From assembly GCA_016287465.1 (NCBI GenBank), contig JAEEWP010000002.1, positions 1 through 45,582 on the forward strand: a stretch of DNA of 45,582 nt. Reading direction: 5' to 3'. Position 1 is the first letter of the stretch. Each line of letters begins with the position of its first letter. The position numbers were made by a program, and so were the translations under genes. The notes beneath the pieces were generated by a model, which was not told where the DNA came from, made no database searches, and worked only from the letters and a program-made list of their open reading frames with translations. Of this stretch, positions 6,889 through 14,327 are shown piece by piece. The stretch is from Bacillales bacterium (lineage in GTDB: Bacteria > Bacillota_I > Bacilli_A > RFN20 > CAG-826).

Positions 6889-9771
6889 TTAGGCGACTTT
6901 GATCAAACGGACGAATTCAAGACCGTAGAGTCTGTAGCCGTCGCCAGTGTAATGCATCTTGAAGGATGTAGTTCCTTCAGCGATGGTGATTCTTCCTAAG
7001 ATGGAAGTAAGGCAATAGTTGGATGAACCTTTAACGATACCGGTGGCCTCGTAGTCAAATTTTGGAGCATCAGCGAAGGCGCCTTCACCAGCTTCGAAAT
7101 AGTAACGGCTGTGAGCGGAATTCGCATTGGCCCACCAAGCGACGTTATCGCCAGATCCACCTTTGACGCTGATTTGGACGTCGTAGGAACCAGCGGCGAT
7201 GCCGGTGACATCCCAATCACAATGGGAGGTACCAGATTGGCCACCACAGCGGCTATCGGACCAGCCTTCGGCAGCGGTTTTGTCGGCCCAAGCTAATTTG
7301 ATAGCGGTGTCAGTGCCGGAAGTTTCGGCCTGCATAGCACCGGTCTTGGTGCCATCAGCCCAGGTGTAGGCTTCCCAATGGGCGAAGAGCTCAGTATTTG
7401 CGGTGAGGTCAGCGCCTTCTTCGACCTTTGTTCCACCTTCAGCGGCGGTGTACCAGCCAACGAACTTGTAAGCGCCTGGGCGGAAAGGAGTTGGAAGAGC
7501 TGGGACTTTGCCATCATCGGTGGCCTTAAGTGGGGCGTAGGCTAAGTTGGAGTTTGTTGGGAGAGTGTAGTTGACGTTAAGGGTAGCGGTTGGAACAGGG
7601 ATCTTATCGAGCTCGAACCAGTCGAGATCACCTAAGACACTTGTGTAGTTTTCGCTTGAGCTTAACTGCTGGCCAACGAAGGAGATGAGGTGGACACCAG
7701 CGGAGAGTGTCATTTCAGCTGATTCAACCTCGACCCAAGCGTTAGCGGAGTTGAAAGTGGTCTTTCTAGCACCGTCGACTTTAAGATCGAAGCAGACTTT
7801 TTCAGTTTCCATATTGGACTTGATTCTGGCTTTGATCTTGACCTTGGCTTCTTCTGCCAACTTAATTCTGTAAATGACCTCGCCAGACATGTTGGAACCC
7901 TTGCTCTGATTCCAGCCTTGTCTATAGAGACCATGGAGATATTGTCCGCCTGATGCTTCGGCATCATCTTCAACGCTTCCATCGAGGTTGGTTGGATAAG
8001 TAACGCCGTTGTAGCTGTAATCGGTAGTGTAATCGGTTTCCTCGCCACTGTTGGTGAAGATGGTGTGCTTTAAGGAGTAAGCTTCGGCTTCAACCTTGGC
8101 AGCGTTGTTCTCGTCAAAGACGATGTTGGTTTGTGTCATGTAGCTGCCGATTCTGACAAGACGGATGGCTTCGTAGCTGATCGAATAGCCAGCGCCAGTG
8201 TGTCCGAACTTGAAGGAGGTTGTTCCTTCTGGGATCATAACGGATTTAACAACGGCTTCGGTTGTCCATTCCATGGAGCTGGCATTTAAGCCAACGCCGG
8301 AATAAAGCTTGTCACCGGTGTCGGTGTAGACTTGCTCGCCGGTTCCGGCCTGGACATAGTATCTGCCTGGGACGGCGTTACCACCGGAGGCGCTTCCGTT
8401 ATCGTCCATCTGTTCGCCGACGCTGAAGCCGACGGAGTTTGGATTGGAAGTCTTAGCTTTGACGTAGACTTCGTATTCGCCAGCTGGGAGACCAGTGACG
8501 TCATAGGTTGAGACCTTGCCACTGTTCATCTTGTAGGCGTTGTTACCAGTCACTTCAAGGTTTGGAGTGTTGGTGGCGTTTGGATACATCTCGTAGTAGG
8601 TCGATGGGGTGGCGTTTGGATCAGACCATGGGGTGACATCACCGAATGGATCGCCAGCGGTATAGGAGATGTGGGAGGTGATGATAAGACCGCAGTTACC
8701 ATAGATGTCAGCTTTGGCGCTCTTGCTGCTATCGGCGTAGCAAACGTATTCGTGGGCACCGAAGACGACTGGGTTGGCGGAAGTATCGATGACAGCGTCC
8801 ATCTTGGTATCAGGATACGAAGTGGCGGTGTTGTCGAGAACGACCTTGATGTTGTATCTGTCGTTTGGAAGGCTCGTGATATCGGTCTTGATAAGAGCGT
8901 TGCCCTGAGCATCGACAGAGACGGTTGTAGTAAGTTCAGCATCGCTGGTGTTGGACTTGTACTGATGCCAGGAAGCGACAGTGGTCTCATAAACCATTAT
9001 TGGGGTGAGAGCTTCGAAGGCAGCCTGTGTCATCTTGCCGGTGTTAAGCTGACCACCAACGATGTGGTAGACCTTATCGCCTTCAACTTCAATGCGGGAG
9101 ATGGTCATGGCGATTGGTGGGAGTTCATCAAGAGCGATGGCACCATTGTGGCTACGGACAGAGAATCTGAAGCCATTGGCAACGGCTTTACCAGTACCAT
9201 AGGTCATTCCGGTGGCCTGCTGTCCACCAACGGCGGCATAGTGGCCTTTTGGACCGCACATGGCGGTGTAGTCGCCCTGGGCTAAGGTAGCGCCGCTAAG
9301 ATCGACTTTGAGTTCGAATGTGCCGTTGCTAACGGTTGGGACGTATTTGTAATCGGCAGCGGCTGGGGTAGCGGAACCCATGATGTAGGTTTCACCGCTA
9401 ACAAGACCGAAGGCCATCTTCATGGCATCGGCATTTGGGAAATCGGAAATGGTTCCGGTGATCTTGGCATAAGCCTTGCCACCTTCTTCAACGATGTCGA
9501 TTCCAGTGAACGCAACGTTGCCCTGGACAGCTTCGGAGGAAGAGGCAGCTGGGGTGGAAGATCCGGCTGGTCTGGAAGAAGACGCAGTTGGAGTCGAGGT
9601 GCTGCCAGCTGGAGTCGAGGTTCCGGCTTCGGAAGTACCAGGAACTGATTCAGCCTGCGAAGTAGCAGGAGTTTCAGTGCTGGCAGGAGTCTCTGAATTC
9701 TTTGGACCACCACAAGACGCTAATAAAAGCGCGGCGGAGAGAATCAAGACTTGTGAAAGACTTTTTTTCAT
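6889..9771 (-). CDS. Large (960 aa) surface lipoprotein with several CBM6/35-like modules and one Listeria-Bacteroides (Flg_new) repeat
   Basis: Start reassigned to the ATG at 9771 (MKKSLSQVLILSAALLLASC, preceded by AAAGGAG). S/T/P-rich linker. CBM-like blocks include AEAYS...ASGGQYLHG...DLDWFEL. Flg_new-like block is GAYKFVGWYTAAEGG...LFAHWE. The terminal module is homologous to the C-terminus of 10040..10936. Confidence 0.85.
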   Translation of the reverse strand: MKKSLSQVLILSAALLLASCGGPKNSETPASTETPATSQAESVPGTSEAGTSTPAGSTSTPTASSSRPAGSSTPAASSSEAVQGNVAFTGIDIVEEGGKAYAKITGTISDFPNADAMKMAFGLVSGETYIMGSATPAAADYKYVPTVSNGTFELKVDLSGATLAQGDYTAMCGPKGHYAAVGGQQATGMTYGTGKAVANGFRFSVRSHNGAIALDELPPIAMTISRIEVEGDKVYHIVGGQLNTGKMTQAAFEALTPIMVYETTVASWHQYKSNTSDAELTTTVSVDAQGNALIKTDITSLPNDRYNIKVVLDNTATSYPDTKMDAVIDTSANPVVFGAHEYVCYADSSKSAKADIYGNCGLIITSHISYTAGDPFGDVTPWSDPNATPSTYYEMYPNATNTPNLEVTGNNAYKMNSGKVSTYDVTGLPAGEYEVYVKAKTSNPNSVGFSVGEQMDDNGSASGGNAVPGRYYVQAGTGEQVYTDTGDKLYSGVGLNASSMEWTTEAVVKSVMIPEGTTSFKFGHTGAGYSISYEAIRLVRIGSYMTQTNIVFDENNAAKVEAEAYSLKHTIFTNSGEETDYTTDYSYNGVTYPTNLDGSVEDDAEASGGQYLHGLYRQGWNQSKGSNMSGEVIYRIKLAEEAKVKIKARIKSNMETEKVCFDLKVDGARKTTFNSANAWVEVESAEMTLSAGVHLISFVGQQLSSSENYTSVLGDLDWFELDKIPVPTATLNVNYTLPTNSNLAYAPLKATDDGKVPALPTPFRPGAYKFVGWYTAAEGGTKVEEGADLTANTELFAHWEAYTWADGTKTGAMQAETSGTDTAIKLAWADKTAAEGWSDSRCGGQSGTSHCDWDVTGIAAGSYDVQISVKGGSGDNVAWWANANSAHSRYYFEAGEGAFADAPKFDYEATGIVKGSSNYCLTSILGRITIAEGTTSFKMHYTGDGYRLYGLEFVRLIKVA

Positions 9772-9989
9772 TAAAAATTCTCCTTTTTGAATTGCCAAAG
9801 GAAAGTCAGTCCTCTGGTCTTTGAGATTATTGTTGCCTACATTATCGCTTATCCTTCCAAGAAAATACAAGTTTTTCCAATAAAAAATGAAAGGGCTTTC
9901 TTTATCTATGATAAATAAAGACTGCAAAGCCCACCGCTTTTGAGGTTTTTATAAAAAGGTAAATAAATGAAATCGCTTACACGCGAAGA

Positions 9990-10020
9990 CGAAAAAAGCC
10001 AAGCGGATTGGCGCTTGGCT
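9990..10020 (-). terminator. Rho-independent terminator after 10040..10936
   Basis: Minus strand AGCCAAGCG-CCAATC-CGCTTGGCT followed by TTTTTT. Confidence 0.85.
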
Positions 10021-10039
10021 AAGGTTCCCTTTTTGGCGA

Positions 10040-10936
10040 TTAGGCGGCTTTGGTAATGAGACGGACGTACTCAAAACCATAGAGACGGTAGCCTTTTCCG
10101 GTGCACTGGATCGAGAACTCGGTGGTCGAGGCTGGGATGGTGATCTCAGCGAGGATGGAGCTAAGATGATAGTTTCCGGAAGCACCTTCGGCGGTAAGGC
10201 CAGTGGTGTCATAGTCGCTCATGACTGGGTTGGCTTTGGCAGCGCTGTCGCCAGTACCAGCCTGGAAGTAATATCTTGGGGTCGTTCCATCGTCGTCATA
10301 CCAGGAAACGTTGAGGTTGGAGGCGTTTCCGCCACGGGCGCTAAGCTGAACCTCATAAGTTCCAGCTGGAAGTCCGGTGCAATCCCATGAACAGGCACTA
10401 GCGGCACTCGATGAACCCATGTGGGTGTCGTCCCAGCCACTGCCGGCTTCGGCTTTGTCGGCCCAAGCTAAGGTGTAGGCGGTAGCTGTGCCAGAGGTCT
10501 CAGCCTGAAGGGCGCCGGTCTTGGTGCCAGCGGTCCAGGTGTATTCGGACCAATGGGCGTAGTAAGTGACGTTGGCGGTCAAATCGACATTGGCGACAGC
10601 CGCTGTTCCGGCGGTCTTTTCGGTGTACCAGCCATCGAACTTATAGGCGCCTGGACGGGTAACTGGATCGGCAAGCTTGGTGAGCTTCTTGTTTTCAGTC
10701 TTGACGGTTGGGTTGGTCGCCTGGCTGTTGGTTGGGAGGGTGTAGTTGAGATCAAAGGTGGCGGTGAACTCGGTTGGTTTGGAGGAGCTGGCTGGCTTCG
10801 AAGAAGCTGGCGTGCTAGCAGGCTTTGAGGTAGCTGGAGCGGTACCCTCAGCTGGTTTGCTTTCTTCAGTTGGTCCACCGCAGCTCACTAAGAGTCCGAG
10901 GGAGAGGACGCTGACGAATAAAGACTTCTTATTCAT
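10040..10936 (-). CDS. Surface lipoprotein: Flg_new repeat plus C-terminal CBM-like module
   Basis: Lipobox LVSC. Block GAYKFDGWYTEK...YYAHWS. The C-terminal 150 aa align with the C-terminus of 6889..9771 (YTWTAGTKTGALQAETSG... / GKGYRLYGFEYVRLI). Confidence 0.85.
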   Translation of the reverse strand: MNKKSLFVSVLSLGLLVSCGGPTEESKPAEGTAPATSKPASTPASSKPASSSKPTEFTATFDLNYTLPTNSQATNPTVKTENKKLTKLADPVTRPGAYKFDGWYTEKTAGTAAVANVDLTANVTYYAHWSEYTWTAGTKTGALQAETSGTATAYTLAWADKAEAGSGWDDTHMGSSSAASACSWDCTGLPAGTYEVQLSARGGNASNLNVSWYDDDGTTPRYYFQAGTGDSAAKANPVMSDYDTTGLTAEGASGNYHLSSILAEITIPASTTEFSIQCTGKGYRLYGFEYVRLITKAA

Positions 10937-11045
10937 TATGTTTTTCTATCGCGCGACAAAGGCGCGATCCTTTCTTTATGGTTCCATTATTCCAAAAGAA
11001 GCGGTTTTTACAATACTTATTTTGCGATTGAAACCTTTGTAATTA

Positions 11046-11078
11046 ATAAAAAAGCCAAATGAGGGTTAGTCATTTGGC
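11046..11078 (-). terminator. Rho-independent terminator after 11102..12769
   Basis: Minus strand GCCAAATGA-CTAACCC-TCATTTGGC followed by TTTTTT. Confidence 0.85.
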
Positions 11079-11101
11079 CTATAGGAGCGAGGTGTTTTCG
11101 C

Positions 11102-12769
11102 TTATGCGAGAGCGATCTCGGTATCTCCACCAAGGGTGAGGACCATGTCGGTAATCTTGATGTCGGCGGAGAAGAGGTTTTCGACCTCGATGGTGTGGCT
11201 GGCAGCGCTTAAGGCAACGCCGTCGACGAGTTTGGCTGGCTCCCAGTATTCGTCGTTAGTGCCAAAGCCAAGCTTGTTGGTGGCGAAGCTTGTGTCATAG
11301 AGGCTAAGCTCAGTGCCATCGAGTTTGACCTTGAGAGCGGAGGCAAGGTTGCTAGAGGTGTTCTTGCAGGTCATCATCGCGGTGATGGAGGTCTCCACTG
11401 CTTTGCTCGAAGTGAAGGTGTAGGAGATCTTGTTGCCGGTAGAGAGTTTGGCAGCCTTCTCTGGGCTACGGAACTCGGTGCTATCAACGATAGTCGCACC
11501 AGTAAGTTCGAACTGCTCAGCGTGGGTGACGTTGATCTTCTTGGCGTTAAGCTCTGGTTTTGGTCCTTCGAGCATGACGTCGAGGATGTTCTCTAAGGTA
11601 GCTTCCTTAACGCCGATGGTGAGGAGGAAGTTATAGATTCTCTCCTGGAGGGTGTCGCCATCGAAGGCGGCAAGCTCATTGACGTAGCCGGCGATGCCAT
11701 CTTCATTGGCCTGGCCAACTGTGGAGGTTTTGCCGATTCTTCCGAAGTTCGAGAAGAGGTAATCCTGATAGATTTCCTGAAGGCTAAGGCCAAGGAGTCC
11801 ATTGAGGAGAGTGGCGCATAAGCCGGTTCTATCGGTGCCGATACGGCAATGGAAGAAGGCTGGGAAGGCTTCTGGGGTGGCTAAGGTCTCGAAGAAGCGA
11901 CGGACAGGGATGATGTTACGGAAGAGGTTGTCTTTGCCGTTAGAGTAGGCAAATGGGATGAATTTGTAGTTGGTCTCGGCATCGAGTTTGGAAGAGCCGG
12001 TGAAGGAACCACTGCCCTCACCTCCGGTGCCGTTTGGACCACCACGGAGGTCGATCTCGGTCTTCATACCAAGGTATTGTCTAGCGGTAGCTCTGCCAGT
12101 GTCGGTGATGATGGACTGGGACTGGCTGTCGTCAAGAGAGGCGGTTCTGTAGAGAAGGCCCTGTCTGATCTTGGCGCCACTTGCGGTCATCTTTCCGCCG
12201 AGGTCGCGGCAGTTGGTCATGCCATCGATGTTGACGATACGTGGGGCAGCGTCGACGGTCTCGAGGGTTTTGACGAATGAGTATTCTGGTTCTTCGCCTT
12301 CGATGTTGGCTTTGACTCTGTAGTAATAGGTGCTGCCGATGAAGAGATTCTGGATGGTGGCCTTCTTATCCTTGCATGGGAATGACCAAGCGTCTTCCAT
12401 GTTGTTCTTAAGACTGATCTCGACTTCGTAGGAAGAGACTTCCTTGTCGGTATCATGCTCGAAAGCGATTTCGAAGGTCTTAGCTTCGGACTGAGATTCG
12501 TTTGGATTCGTGTGGTAGGTACCGGTGAAGTCGCTTTGCTGAAGCTGGCTATAGTCGCCATCATATTCGATGAAGGCCTTCTGATCGTCGGTTCTGACGT
12601 CGATTGGGTCATCGAATTCGGTGACTTCGGTGAAGTTTTCGCTTCCTGGGTCGCTCCACGGAGCGATTGGGACGTTCTCTCCACCACTTCCTTTAACTGG
12701 GCCTGTACATGCGCCTAGGCCAAGGCAGAGAAGAGCAGAGAGGACAAGAATCTTCTTATTGATTTTCAT
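11102..12769 (-). CDS. Surface lipoprotein with tyrosine-phosphatase fold (Y_phosphatase3-like), Fn3-like N-module and CBM-like C-module
   Basis: Lipobox LGAC. Blocks NCRDLGG...LYRTASL and the CX5R P-loop HCRIGTDRTG (nt 11821..11850). SD AAAGGAGA lies upstream of the ATG. Confidence 0.8.
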   Translation of the reverse strand: MKINKKILVLSALLCLGLGACTGPVKGSGGENVPIAPWSDPGSENFTEVTEFDDPIDVRTDDQKAFIEYDGDYSQLQQSDFTGTYHTNPNESQSEAKTFEIAFEHDTDKEVSSYEVEISLKNNMEDAWSFPCKDKKATIQNLFIGSTYYYRVKANIEGEEPEYSFVKTLETVDAAPRIVNIDGMTNCRDLGGKMTASGAKIRQGLLYRTASLDDSQSQSIITDTGRATARQYLGMKTEIDLRGGPNGTGGEGSGSFTGSSKLDAETNYKFIPFAYSNGKDNLFRNIIPVRRFFETLATPEAFPAFFHCRIGTDRTGLCATLLNGLLGLSLQEIYQDYLFSNFGRIGKTSTVGQANEDGIAGYVNELAAFDGDTLQERIYNFLLTIGVKEATLENILDVMLEGPKPELNAKKINVTHAEQFELTGATIVDSTEFRSPEKAAKLSTGNKISYTFTSSKAVETSITAMMTCKNTSSNLASALKVKLDGTELSLYDTSFATNKLGFGTNDEYWEPAKLVDGVALSAASHTIEVENLFSADIKITDMVLTLGGDTEIALA

Positions 12770-12892
12770 GTTTGTCTCCTTTTATTTGTTTCACCTTACA
12801 GGTGAATAACACAACATGGGTAGTATATCGTCTAGAAAGCCCTTTCACTAGTTAATTTTTGGGTTTTTGGGGTGCTTTTCTTTAGAAAGCAT

Positions 12893-12922
12893 GAAAAAAG
12901 AGGCCACTCAAAGAGTGACCTC
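12893..12922 (-). terminator. Rho-independent terminator after 12942..14327
   Basis: Minus strand GAGGTCACT-CTTTG-AGTGGCCTC followed by TTTTTT. Confidence 0.85.
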
Positions 12923-12941
12923 AGTTTTTTGTTAGAGCTAC

Positions 12942-14327
12942 TTATTCAGCGGCGGCTGGAGAAGCTGGGGCTTCTTCGGCGGCTGGGGCTGAACCGATGT
13001 AGATCTTGGTATCCCAAGAATAGGTCTTCCAAGTAGCGGTGACGATCTTGACGTTAGCTTCATCGCTATCTTTGGCGGCGCTGAACTTGAGGTTGGCGGC
13101 AGCATCGAAGACGGAGCCGACGTTGTAGTTGTTGAGAACTCTCATGCCGGTCCAGCCAAGGGTGATGCTGTCATCGATGTCCTCGGCCTTTTCGACGACG
13201 ACGTAATCAACGCCTGGGTCGACATAGAAGCCGATGGTTGGGTAGTAGTAGTAACCGAAAGCCTTGATGGTACGGCCTCTGTTGAGGTCGGACTTAACCT
13301 CGGTGACCCACTTGTAGAACTTGGAGGTGTTGACGGAGCAGACCATATCACAGTCGCTGCCGCGGGTGTCGATCATGACTAAGGTCGCACCGGCTTCGCC
13401 ACCTTCTTCGGTGTCATACCAGTATCCGTAGATCTTTTTGCCATCGGATTCACCATTGTATAAGCCGTCATCCCAGATATAGAGATAGGCATAGTGCTTG
13501 GAGTAGTCGCCCTGCCAGCCTTCGGCGTAGGCGCCTTCGAAGCAATAGACTAAGTTGGCGTCAGTTCTCTCGTAGGAGCTGCCGACAGCGGACTGGATGG
13601 CGCTGGTCTCAGCGGTGCTGTACTGGTTGCCGTCTTTGGTGAAGTGGATGGAGGTTGGGTCGAAGGTGTAGTTTGGATCGACCTTGTCTCCGAATTCCTT
13701 CTGTAAGTCGATGGCGAATTTCTTCGCTTCTGGCTCAGAGGAGGCTAAGGAGTTGTCGTTGAGATTGGTTGGTCCATCAAGCTTGTTTGGAAGCGTTGCG
13801 GAGAGGACGATGCCAACGATGGCAAGAACACCGGCTAAGCCAGCTGCGCCAGCAAGACGTGGCATGGCAAAGGTCTTCTTGAGGGATTCCTTCTCTTCTT
13901 CGCCGATGCTGTCGAGGAAGCAAGATACGACCGCGACGATGAGGGCTGCGAAGATAAGGATGAGATAAGTGAGATGGAGAGGGAGGGAGCCGCCTTCATA
14001 GGCGACGCCGGTAGCAAGGGCAGCCAAGACGGTTGGGCAAAGCTGCATCTCGATGAAGAGAGCTCCGCCAATGCAGCCGACGACGGCAATCTCGATCCAC
14101 TTGTGCTCAGGAGCGGCAAGAGCGGCAAGCTGAGCAAGGAGGGCGAAGAGAGCCCAGATCCAGACGAGCTCAGTGGCTTGTCCGGAGGCGCTGTTAGGCA
14201 TGGTGTGATCATGACCGAACTGGCCTGGTTCGTAGGTGGCGATGTAGATGATGAATAAGAGAAGTGAGAGGAGCGCGGTGGCTACCATGAACCAGTAGCC
14301 AAGCTTCTTGTTCTTAAAGAATTTCAT
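12942..14327 (-). CDS. Polytopic membrane protein (about 5 TM) with a roughly 270-aa extracytoplasmic C-terminal domain, unknown function
   Basis: 461-aa ORF. Its ATG overlaps the GH3 stop codon (TAATG) and is preceded by AGGAGG inside the GH3 coding end. No family motif recognised. Confidence 0.75.
   Translation of the reverse strand: MKFFKNKKLGYWFMVATALLSLLLFIIYIATYEPGQFGHDHTMPNSASGQATELVWIWALFALLAQLAALAAPEHKWIEIAVVGCIGGALFIEMQLCPTVLAALATGVAYEGGSLPLHLTYLILIFAALIVAVVSCFLDSIGEEEKESLKKTFAMPRLAGAAGLAGVLAIVGIVLSATLPNKLDGPTNLNDNSLASSEPEAKKFAIDLQKEFGDKVDPNYTFDPTSIHFTKDGNQYSTAETSAIQSAVGSSYERTDANLVYCFEGAYAEGWQGDYSKHYAYLYIWDDGLYNGESDGKKIYGYWYDTEEGGEAGATLVMIDTRGSDCDMVCSVNTSKFYKWVTEVKSDLNRGRTIKAFGYYYYPTIGFYVDPGVDYVVVEKAEDIDDSITLGWTGMRVLNNYNVGSVFDAAANLKFSAAKDSDEANVKIVTATWKTYSWDTKIYIGSAPAAEEAPASPAAAE

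Noticed and set aside
9761-9771. Poly-A tracts (A6-A7) just after the ATG of many lipoprotein genes (for example 9771, 17311, 20971, 33552, 36751) as phase-variation switches
   Set aside because: They simply encode the MKK signal-peptide start. The tracts are short (7 nt or less) and I have no evidence of length heterogeneity.
9772-9927. N-terminal extensions of track ORFs (6889..9927, 14327..17386, 23297..24421, 26072..27112, 28186..29616, 33567..35060, 43124..43984, 44098..44688, 44769..45254, 4578..5630, 17763..18773)
   Set aside because: Internal ATGs preceded by good SDs start canonical signal peptides or domains. Several extensions begin at GTG/TTG or overlap the upstream gene. I trimmed the starts accordingly.
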